NCBI GenBank assembly: GCA_903929485.1
Contig: CAIYUY010000026.1
Location: forward strand, 6,279-70,278
Direction: 5' to 3'
Origin: an uncultured Desulfuromonadales bacterium
GTDB lineage: Bacteria; Desulfobacterota; Desulfuromonadia; Geobacterales; CAIOGM01
DNA length: 64,000 nt
In this document: piece by piece, positions 1 through 9,280 of the stretch
Layout of the letters: every line of letters begins with the position of its first letter
Position numbering within the stretch: the stretch's first letter is position 1
Translations under genes and position numbers: made by a program
The notes under the pieces: generated by a model
Seen by the model: the letters and a program-made list of their open reading frames with translations, nothing else
Database searches by the model: none
What the model was told of the DNA's origin: nothing

Positions 1-965
1 TCATGGTTGAGCAGCCGCCGGGACCAATGGATCACCTCGGGATTAAGCGGCTCTCCAACGCTGTAGATGTGACGCAACCGGGAAAGATCGAAGCCGCCAT
101 AAAGTTCGTCCGACTCCCGCATGAGCATCCGAAGGGCCGTGGGCGCCGAATACCAGATCGTAATCCCTTCCCGCTCCAGCAAGGCAAACCATGCGGCGGC
201 GTCGTAGTTGCCGGCGTAGTGAATCTGCGTGACCCCCAGGCTCCAGGGACCGATGATCCCGTAGGAAGTTCCGGTGACCCATCCCTGATCGGCGGTGCAC
301 CAGAACAGGTCGTCATCCTTCAGATCCAGGACATGGGCCGCCGTATAACTCTGGGAGAGGACCGCCCGGTGATGGTGGAGCACCCCCTTGGGTTTGCCGG
401 TGGAACCGGAGGTATAGTGAAGCACCGACGGAGTTTCCGGTCCGGTGTGGGCCACCTGAAAGAAGTCGGACGCCTCATCCATGAGCCTCTGATAACTCAG
501 GACACCATTTCCCAAATGTTCATCGCTGTCCACCAGGATGATGTACTCCAAATTGGGGAGGCGATCCCTGATCCGGAGGAGCTTTTTCAGAAAATGCTTT
601 TTGGTGAGTATCCCCCTGGCCCGGGAGTCCCCCAATCGGTCCAGGAGCGCCTCCTCCCCGAAATTGGCAAAGAGAGTCCCGCAGACGACCCGGGCCTTGA
701 GGGCGCCGAGAAAAGCGAAGAACTGCTCCGTGGCCTTGGGGAGAAAGGTGAAAAAAATCTCCTCCGGCTGGAACCCCAGCCCCCCGAGGACGTTGGCGAA
801 CCGGTTTGATTGTCGGTCAAGTTCGCTGAAGGTAAAATCGGTTCGCTCCAGCGCCGCCGATATCCAGCGGAGAGCGACCTTGTCGCCCCGCCCGGCCTCG
901 CACTGGGCAGTGGTGCAGATATGGCCGATGTTGAACTGGTCGCCTGATTTTTCAAGAGTCACCAT
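1..965 (-). CDS. Acetate-CoA ligase-like AMP-binding enzyme (AcsA-type), 3' part runs off the window
   Basis: Absent from the ORF track. Hand translation from ATG at 965 (MVTLEKSGDQFNIGHICT...) gives the AMP-binding motif LHYTSGSTGKPKGVLH and WCTADQGWVTGTSYGIIGPW. The start overlaps the 3' end of the upstream GT4. Confidence 0.85.
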   Translation of the reverse strand, partial: MVTLEKSGDQFNIGHICTTAQCEAGRGDKVALRWISAALERTDFTFSELDRQSNRFANVLGGLGFQPEEIFFTFLPKATEQFFAFLGALKARVVCGTLFANFGEEALLDRLGDSRARGILTKKHFLKKLLRIRDRLPNLEYIILVDSDEHLGNGVLSYQRLMDEASDFFQVAHTGPETPSVLHYTSGSTGKPKGVLHHHRAVLSQSYTAAHVLDLKDDDLFWCTADQGWVTGTSYGIIGPWSLGVTQIHYAGNYDAAAWFALLEREGITIWYSAPTALRMLMRESDELYGGFDLSRLRHIYSVGEPLNPEVIHWSRRLLNH

Positions 966-2052
966 GCATCCTCCGAAATAAAGTCACATAATCGCTACCC
1001 ATCCGCTCCAGGGAAAACCGTCTTTCAACAAGATTGCGCCCCTCGCGCCCCATATCCATCCGTTTCTGATCATTTTCAAGTAATCCGATAATGGCCGCGG
1101 CAAACTCTTCCGGACCGCCTGTTACCACGACGGCGGTGGAGGTTCCGCCGAATATATCAAGCTGACCTCCCTCATCGTAACAAACCACCGGTGTCCCGGC
1201 GGAGAGACTCTCCAAATGAACCAGCCCGAACCCCTCGTTACGAAAAGTGCTCACCGAAAGATCTAAATCAAAATAGATGTCGGAAAGCTTTTCGTGGGGC
1301 ACTTTTCCCGTGAAGATCACATCATCGGCGATATTAAGAAAATAAATTTTTTCCCGTATCGGCCCGGTCAACCCTGAATCGGAATCGTCTCCCACAAGAG
1401 CCAGCTTCAACGCGGGAAACTTCCTTTTCACCAAGGGAATGACCTCCAGCAGTTCCAGTTGATTCTTGAAGAAAGCACCGACCATGCCGATGAGCGGAAA
1501 CCCCTCTCCTTGAAAAAAACGTCGTTTTCTCCGAGGAGAAAACTTTTCCGGTGCGAGTTCGTCGGTGGAATCAATTCCGTTATGAAGAATGCTCATTCGT
1601 TGGGCAGCCAGATGATTGCCGGCGCGTAACGCTTTTTGCACATATGATGAAACACAAACCACGGCATCCGCAAAACAAAGAAAAGGCAACCGGCGAGAAG
1701 TCGCGGTGTGGAAACAAACGACCAGTTTTCCCAGCTTCTTGAATGGTGAGGCAAGTTTCCAGGCCAGGACCAGCGCCGGCAAATCATGCTCCCGGGCGAC
1801 AAGCAGTATATCAAAACTTTCACGTCTGATAACCATCGCCATGGAAACAAGCATACGGAGTATGCCGGTCATACTTCTTTCAAAAGAATACACGGGGTAC
1901 CCCAGCGACCTGAAGACCTCCTCGGAAGGCGAACCGCTGCGGCACAGAAAAGAGGGGCGACATCCCATCTTTGCGATCCGAGCTGACAGCTCTTTCAGGT
2001 GTTCCTGACCACCACCCCACCCCTTGTCATTATTTACAAGCAGAACTTTCAT
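952..2052 (-). CDS. Glycosyltransferase family 4
   Basis: N-terminal GWGGGQ loop and C-terminal EGFGLVHLES (Ex7E) motif. Confidence 0.9.
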   Translation of the reverse strand: MKVLLVNNDKGWGGGQEHLKELSARIAKMGCRPSFLCRSGSPSEEVFRSLGYPVYSFERSMTGILRMLVSMAMVIRRESFDILLVAREHDLPALVLAWKLASPFKKLGKLVVCFHTATSRRLPFLCFADAVVCVSSYVQKALRAGNHLAAQRMSILHNGIDSTDELAPEKFSPRRKRRFFQGEGFPLIGMVGAFFKNQLELLEVIPLVKRKFPALKLALVGDDSDSGLTGPIREKIYFLNIADDVIFTGKVPHEKLSDIYFDLDLSVSTFRNEGFGLVHLESLSAGTPVVCYDEGGQLDIFGGTSTAVVVTGGPEEFAAAIIGLLENDQKRMDMGREGRNLVERRFSLERMGSDYVTLFRRMHGDS

Positions 2053-2053
2053 G

Positions 2054-3058
2054 TCACTTCCCGCGGGGCGGGCCCGACAAACCGATCGTCATCAGTACGT
2101 CTCTGTCCCGAACCTTGAACAATTTCTTTCTTTTCGTTCGTAACTCCATGATTCTCGGCAGATAGGCCATTGCCGAAAAAAAACCGAGGAACTTGTATTT
2201 ACGAAAGGCGACCAGATCGTATAATAGCGAAAACGGCAAAAAGAGAAAATAACGCGTGATCATGGATACATCGGTGATATTGAGCCAGAGAAACAGGGTG
2301 CGGTTACGGTCGCCGATAAACTTTATCTTTCGCTTCTTGTGGAGGCTCCCGATGGTGGAACTCGTTTCATGATACACAATCGTCCCCGGTTCCATGAGAC
2401 ACTTCCATCCGGCCTTCCACGCACGGTAGGAAAGATCCAGATCCTCCACGTAAAACGGGTGATAAATCGGATCAAACCCGCCGAGGAGGATGAGCTTCTC
2501 TCGGTCATAAAAGCTCGCGCCGCCCGAGGCAAAAAAGAGGGGGATCTCTCCCTGTAAGTCACCCAAATCCGAAGGCTGGAGATGGAGAGCGTTGAACCAG
2601 CAGATGCCCGGCTTCAGACGGGTAATCGCCTGACTTTTCCCATGACGCTGGTCCACCATATTCGGTGTGACGCTGAAGACCAAAGGGTCGTGAAACCAGT
2701 TCAAGGCCTTGGCAAGCAAATCAACCGTAACCGTAACGTCATTGTTCAAGGCCAGGACAATTTCGTGACGGGAAGCGAAAATTCCCTTGTTCACACTCTT
2801 CGCAAACCCAAGATTGCTTGCATTGACAATCACGGTAACGTTCGGAAAATGCTCCCTGAGAAAGACGGGAGTATCGTCATTTCCCGCATCATCCACAACA
2901 ATTATTTCCACGGATGCGGCATGACCAGCCAATGCCGCCAACAGCGGCGGGAGATTCTTCGCCAGGAGACTTAGCCCATTATACGTCGGTATTACCACGG
3001 AAACGGACTTGGCAAGCATGACACCCCCCTGACATGAGCGTCCCGATCCGGAACTCAT
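2054..3058 (-). CDS. Glycosyltransferase family 2 (true start may be ATG 3019)
   Basis: VVIPTYN, IIVVDD, NLGFAKSVNKG, LNND and YVEDLDL GT2 motifs. Confidence 0.9.
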   Translation of the reverse strand: MSSGSGRSCQGGVMLAKSVSVVIPTYNGLSLLAKNLPPLLAALAGHAASVEIIVVDDAGNDDTPVFLREHFPNVTVIVNASNLGFAKSVNKGIFASRHEIVLALNNDVTVTVDLLAKALNWFHDPLVFSVTPNMVDQRHGKSQAITRLKPGICWFNALHLQPSDLGDLQGEIPLFFASGGASFYDREKLILLGGFDPIYHPFYVEDLDLSYRAWKAGWKCLMEPGTIVYHETSSTIGSLHKKRKIKFIGDRNRTLFLWLNITDVSMITRYFLFLPFSLLYDLVAFRKYKFLGFFSAMAYLPRIMELRTKRKKLFKVRDRDVLMTIGLSGPPRGK

Positions 3059-4704
3059 TTTTTGCCCAACGACGCAAGAAAAGACTTGACGAGAAAACGG
3101 GGAAACTCTCCCAGGTAAGCCTTGAGGGGGAGGAGCTTCCGCCCATCCACCTTCCGGAGCCCCTGGAGCAACAATTGGCCGCGTTCGGCAAAGGGTAACA
3201 AGCGCGCATGCTTGCCGATGGAAACATCGACACTGTACCCTGCCTCCGTAAGATCATTGAATCCCGCCAGAAAAGTATCGTTTGCGTCCGTTTTCCCGCA
3301 CAGCTTCAAGGGGCGGTTGACACGGTGACTTTTGGGCAACGCCGCCATCACCCCCCGCAGATAAACATCCCATCCGGGAACCAGGTGGCTCCCTCTGATT
3401 CGCTCCCGACACTCTCTCCCTTTATCATGGCGAAACTTCTCATCCTCAATCATTTTACCCAGCAGCGTAAGGTACTCATCACGAGAGCCGACGTGTGTCT
3501 GCGACGGTCCGAGAGTGAGATCCAAGTCCGTATAAATGGGAGCATCCGGGTTTCTCAGACCGATAACCGGCAAACCGCGCAGTCCCACATCCAGCATGGA
3601 GGTGAGAGACGCGAAGGGAAATGAGTCCAGATAAATATCGGCGCAATCGTGAAAGATCCGCAGGTCATTCTGTCGACCAAGAACTCGAATCCTCCCCTCA
3701 ACTCGCCTGGAAGCTTCCAGCCACCGACCTTGTGCCTTCGGTCCAACTACCAGCAAAATAGCCTGTTTATGGCGGGCGACAACCTCCGTAACCGTAGCAA
3801 TGAAATCATAACCGCCAAATGCCGTATACTTATACGATGAGGCGATCGTCAAGAGGATCACCGAATCACGGTCAATATGCAATTTTTCCCTGGCAAGAGA
3901 ATCAGGCGTCCGATTCGGTGGTTCAATTAAAGGAATCGGCAAAATTTTTGAGATACGAGCACCACGACGTGCTCGTGAAACGGCCTGTCCGGAGAGACGC
4001 AGATCTGCGAAAACATCAGCCACGGTAGACCCTAATCCGAAGACATGATCGGCATGATTGACCAACAGCACCGGCGGGCCACCATCAATTCCAAATGACA
4101 CGGTGGGCAGAGCATCCGATGGATGCGTATGGAGAAAGACAATATCGGCCCAGTTATATCGGAACTGTCTCAGTATCCGTGCACGTTTCAGCAGATTTGT
4201 GGTTATAAGGGGTAAAAATTTATACCAGCCCCCACTTGATGTCACTGCCGAGCTCAACCAAGGGGGGAGAGGCGACTCCTGTTCGGTACCGACAATACTG
4301 TGAACATAACGATCAGTCGTGTTATTGATGAGCCGTTCTATAAGCCTCGTATGGCCACCGGTTGCATAGGCTTTTGTGATGACATGAAGAATACGCGTCT
4401 TGGAGTGATCACCGTCAAAAACAGGGATTTTCAAGTCGGGCAAACATAGAGATCCGGTTATTTCCGGAGAGGTTGCCACCCGCAACAGGAGCGACTCAAG
4501 AAACGGAGAAACATAAAAACCGGGATGACGATGCCAGGCGAAATCAGCGGCTATCTGCGCCCAAACGACCGCGGAACGAAGATCCCCCGCCTGCTCCGCA
4601 TCTCCCGCCCGCGACGCGAGAGCATTGAAACGATCAGCGGCCCACGCCAGATGCTCCACCAAGCGATCATGGTCAGAAGATGAATCGGTTGAGAGCGACA
4701 CCAA
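3055..4704 (-). CDS. Putative GT-B fold glycosyltransferase with N-terminal extension
   Basis: RILHVITKAYATGGHTRL start of a GT-B domain and ADIYLDSFPF...GLPV in the donor-binding half. Sits within the sugar cluster. Confidence 0.65.
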   Translation of the reverse strand: MVSLSTDSSSDHDRLVEHLAWAADRFNALASRAGDAEQAGDLRSAVVWAQIAADFAWHRHPGFYVSPFLESLLLRVATSPEITGSLCLPDLKIPVFDGDHSKTRILHVITKAYATGGHTRLIERLINNTTDRYVHSIVGTEQESPLPPWLSSAVTSSGGWYKFLPLITTNLLKRARILRQFRYNWADIVFLHTHPSDALPTVSFGIDGGPPVLLVNHADHVFGLGSTVADVFADLRLSGQAVSRARRGARISKILPIPLIEPPNRTPDSLAREKLHIDRDSVILLTIASSYKYTAFGGYDFIATVTEVVARHKQAILLVVGPKAQGRWLEASRRVEGRIRVLGRQNDLRIFHDCADIYLDSFPFASLTSMLDVGLRGLPVIGLRNPDAPIYTDLDLTLGPSQTHVGSRDEYLTLLGKMIEDEKFRHDKGRECRERIRGSHLVPGWDVYLRGVMAALPKSHRVNRPLKLCGKTDANDTFLAGFNDLTEAGYSVDVSIGKHARLLPFAERGQLLLQGLRKVDGRKLLPLKAYLGEFPRFLVKSFLASLGKK

Positions 4705-4719
4705 AACTCCTTTCAGTCA

Positions 4720-5844
4720 TCATTCACCGGATACGATAGTTCCAGCGCAAAAAGAAGCCACCGCCACCGCAACAGCATCGACATCGCGCTCTTGCAGGTG
4801 AGGCCCCATGGGGAGACTGAGCACCGTTTCGGCCATGAATTCCGCTATGGGTAGATCCCCATGGGGAGCAGCAACGTCTGCGTATGCCTCCGAGAGATGG
4901 GGCGGAATCGGATAGTGAATCAAGCTGCTCATCCCCTGTTCCCCAAGATAAGCAACCAACTCGTTCCTTTGGCTATGCCCAATGACGAAAAGATGCCAGG
5001 CATGATCGGTTCCCGCCGCCACTGAAGGAAGGCGCAACCCCTTAATATGCTTCAACTTGAGAAGATAACGCCGGGCGACAGTGCTCCGTCTGGCATTCCA
5101 CTCATCAAGTTTCCTCAGCTTGACCCTCAAAAAAGCAGCTTGCAGTTCATCCAGTCGTGAATTAAATCCCCTGACTTCATTATGATATTTCAGACGGGAG
5201 CCGTAGTTCCTCAGTAAACGGATCCTCTCCGCGACAGTGTCATCGTCGGTTACCACTGCGCCGCCGTCTCCCAAGGCGCCGAGGTTTTTCCCGGGATAGA
5301 AACTGAAACCCGCGGCAGCGCCCAATCCCCCGGCTTTTTTACCTTTATAGCCGGCGCCGTGAGCCTGAGCCGCATCCTCAATGACTCTCAGCCCATGACG
5401 GTGAGCAACGTCGTTGATGGGGTCCATATCGGCAGCCTGACCGTAAAGGTGGACGGCAATGATAGCCTTGGTTCGGGAAGTTATCGCCCCCTCAAGTCGA
5501 ACCGGATCAATGGTGTAAGTCGCCTCGTCGGGTTCCACCGGAACCGGTGTCGCCCCGGCATGAGTGACGGCCAACCAGGTCGCGATATAGGTATTGGACG
5601 GGACGATAACTTCGTCACCCGGTCCGATCCCATATCCCCTGAGGATCAGGTGGAGAGCGTCAAGTCCGTTACCGACGCCGATGCAGTGGCGAACCCCGCA
5701 GTAGGCGGCAAACTCCTCCTCAAAGGCGGCGACCTCCTTCCCGAGAATATACCACCCCGAAGCCATCACCCGGTGATAAGCCTCGTCGAGCTCGTCTCTC
5801 AGTTCCGCATAGGGGGAGGCAAGATCAAGAAAAGGTACACTCAC
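4720..5844 (-). CDS. fdtB: DegT/DnrJ/EryC1/StrS aminotransferase (dTDP-3-amino-3,6-dideoxyhexose transaminase, FdtB/QdtB type)
   Basis: [18 protein letters not shown] (PLP lysine) and [11 protein letters not shown]. Adjacent to fdtA genes. Confidence 0.88.
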   Translation of the reverse strand: MSVPFLDLASPYAELRDELDEAYHRVMASGWYILGKEVAAFEEEFAAYCGVRHCIGVGNGLDALHLILRGYGIGPGDEVIVPSNTYIATWLAVTHAGATPVPVEPDEATYTIDPVRLEGAITSRTKAIIAVHLYGQAADMDPINDVAHRHGLRVIEDAAQAHGAGYKGKKAGGLGAAAGFSFYPGKNLGALGDGGAVVTDDDTVAERIRLLRNYGSRLKYHNEVRGFNSRLDELQAAFLRVKLRKLDEWNARRSTVARRYLLKLKHIKGLRLPSVAAGTDHAWHLFVIGHSQRNELVAYLGEQGMSSLIHYPIPPHLSEAYADVAAPHGDLPIAEFMAETVLSLPMGPHLQERDVDAVAVAVASFCAGTIVSGE

Positions 5845-6263
5845 GGTTCTCTCCCGCTTCTGACAGCCTGTTGGAATTCATCATAGTCGCGAAAATAGTC
5901 AGCCTCTTCGTAGTGGGCCGAAGCAAGAACCAGACAGATCCCGCCGGAAGAAAAGTTGAACAATTCGCCCCAGATCATATTGGTTACATGCAGCCCGTAA
6001 TAGGGACGGTTGAGGGTGACTACCCGCCGGTTGTACCCGTCATCCATCAAAAAATCAAAACTGCCGCTGGCGGCAACGATGAACTGATGAAGTTGCCGGT
6101 GGGCATGCCCGCCACGGGCTATCCCCCCAGGGATGTCATACAGGTAGAAGACTCGTTCTATTTCAAAGGGAAGACTCTTTCCGCCGTATACGGGAGTGAG
6201 ATTACCGCTGGCGCTTGCTATCCGTGGCAGTTCCATGAGAGAACAATCAAACACATTGGACAT
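5841..6263 (-). CDS. fdtA: dTDP-4-keto-6-deoxyglucose 3,4-ketoisomerase (FdtA/QdtA cupin), copy 2
   Basis: GNLT...[21 protein letters not shown]...[13 protein letters not shown]. Confidence 0.88.
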   Translation of the reverse strand: MSNVFDCSLMELPRIASASGNLTPVYGGKSLPFEIERVFYLYDIPGGIARGGHAHRQLHQFIVAASGSFDFLMDDGYNRRVVTLNRPYYGLHVTNMIWGELFNFSSGGICLVLASAHYEEADYFRDYDEFQQAVRSGREP

Positions 6264-6691
6264 TACAACCCCCGCTCGACAGTAAACTCGTCATAACCGC
6301 GAAGGTAATCCGACTCTCCATACTCTTCCGAGGCAAGAACGAGGCAGAGAGAATTAGTGGAAAAATTTACCAGCGCACGCCAATGGAGCGACGGCAGGTA
6401 AAGCCCATAGTAGGAACGATTGAGATGGTGACAGATTACACTGCTCCCGTTATCGACTTCCACGTCAAAGCTTCCCGAAACAGCGATAATGATCTCACGA
6501 TTCCGGCGGTAGGCGTGCCCACCCCGCATCTCCCCACCCGGAACATCATAAATCCAGTAGGCGCGCCGGATGTCGAAAGGAACATGACGCCCCCCTTCCA
6601 CAAAAGTCAAGTTGCCACGCGGATCCAATATTTTAGGAAGTTCAACAATCTTGCACTCTTCAATCCACATGAGCAATCCCCGTTCCGTCAT
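6263..6691 (-). CDS. fdtA: dTDP-4-keto-6-deoxyglucose 3,4-ketoisomerase family (FdtA/QdtA cupin), copy 1
   Basis: DPRGNLTFVE...RGGHAY...LVLASEEYGESDY. The second His of the HAH motif is replaced by Tyr. Confidence 0.85.
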   Translation of the reverse strand: MTERGLLMWIEECKIVELPKILDPRGNLTFVEGGRHVPFDIRRAYWIYDVPGGEMRGGHAYRRNREIIIAVSGSFDVEVDNGSSVICHHLNRSYYGLYLPSLHWRALVNFSTNSLCLVLASEEYGESDYLRGYDEFTVERGL

Positions 6692-7212
6692 GCAGGCAAA
6701 TACTTTGAATACTTTGACCTGATCTTCTCATAGGTTATTTTGCTGTACGTGTAGTGGCATTCCAGTTCATTTTCGCGCAGACGTTGTGCCCCCATCCGTT
6801 CGTGAAAAGCTCTAACCTTGACATTATCCGAGCGGACATCGAAATGTGAACGTGAAAATCCAAGTTGATAAAAAGCTAATTCGTAGACCAGCAGCGCAGA
6901 CTCTATCCCTGCGGAAGGAGGACTGCCGTTTTTGATAAGCCAACTTCCCCAGCAGAATGAGTCTCCCTGAAAATCATAGAGTCGGACGGTGCCACAGCTC
7001 TCGCCGTCCAACGATGTTATGATAAAATAATATTCATCTCCAGCCAATTCTCTCAGTTTGTAGCTTCGCACCCATTCTATCTGCTTATCCGGATCAGCCT
7101 CAACATTGCTGAGAAATTTATTTTTTGTTTCATCTACTCGTAAAGACAAAATAAATGCACTATCTATTTCCTCAACGACTCTTAAAATAATCTTTCTACC
7201 GTTCAGCCTCAT
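6688..7212 (-). CDS. GNAT (RimJ/RimL-like) N-acyltransferase, probable amino-sugar acyltransferase
   Basis: GTVRLYD...FCWGSW...FDVRSDNVKVRAFHERMGA GNAT pattern. Visibly AT-rich and directly upstream of fdtA/fdtA/fdtB. Confidence 0.75.
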   Translation of the reverse strand: MRLNGRKIILRVVEEIDSAFILSLRVDETKNKFLSNVEADPDKQIEWVRSYKLRELAGDEYYFIITSLDGESCGTVRLYDFQGDSFCWGSWLIKNGSPPSAGIESALLVYELAFYQLGFSRSHFDVRSDNVKVRAFHERMGAQRLRENELECHYTYSKITYEKIRSKYSKYLPA

Positions 7213-7244
7213 GTAACATCCTTTCTTTATGCTGTTTCAACCAA

Positions 7245-8042
7245 TCAACGGACATCTTCCATCCGCTCCGCCCTACCCAGACCGTTTTGCAGTTCATAAA
7301 GTTTCATGTACTTGACAAAGGTGCCGTACCCGCCCATGACCGCAATAACAAAACCGCGCCTTCCTTCGAGGAAGCCCAACCTGATGAAATAGCGATAGAG
7401 AAACGTATAGAGCGGACGAAGGGTCGCATGATACCATTTGGCCCGTCTACCCAGTTTAAAATATTCCTCCGCCGAAATAGTGGAGTAGAGTACTGTCCGG
7501 GAAGCATAGGTGTCAAGGCTCCAGTTCTGAAAGTGCAGGATATCCCCTGCCAGACGTTTGGTCCTGCCGGTGGTCATGAACTTGTCGTGAGGATTGATCC
7601 CCCTGCACTCCCCATGACGCCGATCAAAGAGACGAGGGCAATAATCCGGGTAAAATGAGGCATGCCGTATCCACCGGTCCCAGAAGGAGGTGAGTCGCCG
7701 GAATTCGAAACAGGAGAAGGTGGTGAGATCGGAAGAGGTCAACGCCAGGATGTTCTCCCGCATGGCGTCGCTGACTCTTTCGTCGGCATCGATCTTCAGT
7801 AACCAGTTGTTGCGCGCCAGCTTCATGGCCTGATTTTTTTGCTCCCGGAAACCCTGAAAATCATTTTGAGAGAAAGAAACATTGGCATAACCGCGGCAGA
7901 TGTCCGGGGTTCCATCGGTACTGAAATCATCCACCACAACGACTTCATCGGCCCACCGGAGTGACTCCAGGCAGGCGCCTATCTTGAGTGCATTGTTTTT
8001 GGTGATAACGAAGGCGGATATACCGTGAGCGCTGCGGGTCAT
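7245..8042 (-). CDS. GT2 LPS core glycosyltransferase (KdtX/WaaE/LgtF-like)
   Basis: ISAFVITKN...ADEVVVVDDFSTDGT...LKIDADE and YPDY..RLF. Start placed at ATG 8042 behind GAGGAG. Confidence 0.85.
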   Translation of the reverse strand: MTRSAHGISAFVITKNNALKIGACLESLRWADEVVVVDDFSTDGTPDICRGYANVSFSQNDFQGFREQKNQAMKLARNNWLLKIDADERVSDAMRENILALTSSDLTTFSCFEFRRLTSFWDRWIRHASFYPDYCPRLFDRRHGECRGINPHDKFMTTGRTKRLAGDILHFQNWSLDTYASRTVLYSTISAEEYFKLGRRAKWYHATLRPLYTFLYRYFIRLGFLEGRRGFVIAVMGGYGTFVKYMKLYELQNGLGRAERMEDVR

Positions 8043-8119
8043 GTCATGTTCTCCTCTTTCGGCGGTGATAGGGCGGACAACGACCGATGGCTCCGGTCGC
8101 CCTGCGCGTACGACCGAAA

Positions 8120-9211
8120 TCAGCACGGATCCACATTCAGTAGTTGTTCCGTTTCCTCAAGCAGCCGATCAATGGTAATGGCCTCCAGGCACTCCGGTTT
8201 TCCCCGTCCCGAAGGGAGACATTCGGTGAAAAATTTCTGTTTGCAGGGGCTGCAAGGAAGATCACTATGGATGACCCGGCAATTGGTGCTCCAGGGGCCG
8301 AACTTCACCGGCGACTGGGGACCGAACAGGGCGACCAGCGGCACCTTGAGCGAGGCGCCCAGGTGCATGATGCCGCTGTCATTGCAGATGAGAAGAGTGC
8401 ATCGAGTCAATAACGCCATGGTCTGACGCAAGGAGGTGGTCCCGATGGCCATGATCGGCGGGGGGGTGATCCTTTCCCGCAGATACTCCCCCAGCACCCT
8501 GTCCCTTCCGCCGCCCACAAGAAGAATTCTGCAACCGTACCGTTCCTGAAGACGATTGGCCACCGTCACGAACCCATCCTCATGCCAGGCGCGGATCTGA
8601 TTGGAGGCAAAGGGATGAATCGCAATGACTCTTTCACCCGGAGCAACGCCGGCCCCGGAAAAAAAATCCTCCGAAAACTGCTGTTCCCCGGCCGAAAGCC
8701 ATGCTTCCAGATAGTCGTCAATGACGGGAATACCGTCAACCCGCAACACATCCAGGAAATTTTGAACTTCATGCTGCTCATGCAGATAGGGGGTCTTCCG
8801 AGTCAGAAGGAAACTTCGCCCTTCCGTGGCAAACCCTACCCGCTCCCTTGCCCCGGAAAGAAAGGCGATGATGGCGCTGGAAAAAGAGCGTTTGAGGACG
8901 TAGGCCTTGTCAAAACGCCGGCGACGAAGATCTCTGATAAAACCCAGCTTGTCGCCAAGAGTCCGGTGCGTCCCCCAACTGTCGGCGTACGTGGTGACCG
9001 GATCCCAATGGATAAACTCGTCCACATAGGGAATCCCGGCTACCACATCGGTGGAACCGGGTGTAACCAGCCAGACAATCCAGGCATCCGGTTCAGCGCG
9101 TCTCAAGTTCCGGAAAAAAGGGACGGTCAATATGGTGTCACCGAGAAAACGATACCGAAGAACAAGAATTTTTTTCTGCCCGGGTTTTGCCGACATGGGT
9201 ATGACCTGCAT
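8120..9211 (-). CDS. waaF: ADP-heptose:LPS heptosyltransferase (GT9, WaaF-like)
   Basis: ILVLRYRFLGDTIL and NDSGIMHLGA...VALFGP GT9 motifs, with C-terminal CSPC...C. Confidence 0.8.
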   Translation of the reverse strand: MQVIPMSAKPGQKKILVLRYRFLGDTILTVPFFRNLRRAEPDAWIVWLVTPGSTDVVAGIPYVDEFIHWDPVTTYADSWGTHRTLGDKLGFIRDLRRRRFDKAYVLKRSFSSAIIAFLSGARERVGFATEGRSFLLTRKTPYLHEQHEVQNFLDVLRVDGIPVIDDYLEAWLSAGEQQFSEDFFSGAGVAPGERVIAIHPFASNQIRAWHEDGFVTVANRLQERYGCRILLVGGGRDRVLGEYLRERITPPPIMAIGTTSLRQTMALLTRCTLLICNDSGIMHLGASLKVPLVALFGPQSPVKFGPWSTNCRVIHSDLPCSPCKQKFFTECLPSGRGKPECLEAITIDRLLEETEQLLNVDPC

Positions 9212-9280
9212 GCGAAAGCTGTGTAGTTACAACCTACGGATATGAATTAGCGGCTCAGCCCGCGCCGAACCGATGATACG

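Noticed and set aside
3-809. 268-aa plus-strand ORF
   Set aside because: Antisense shadow of the minus-strand acyl-CoA ligase, which carries the recognisable motifs.
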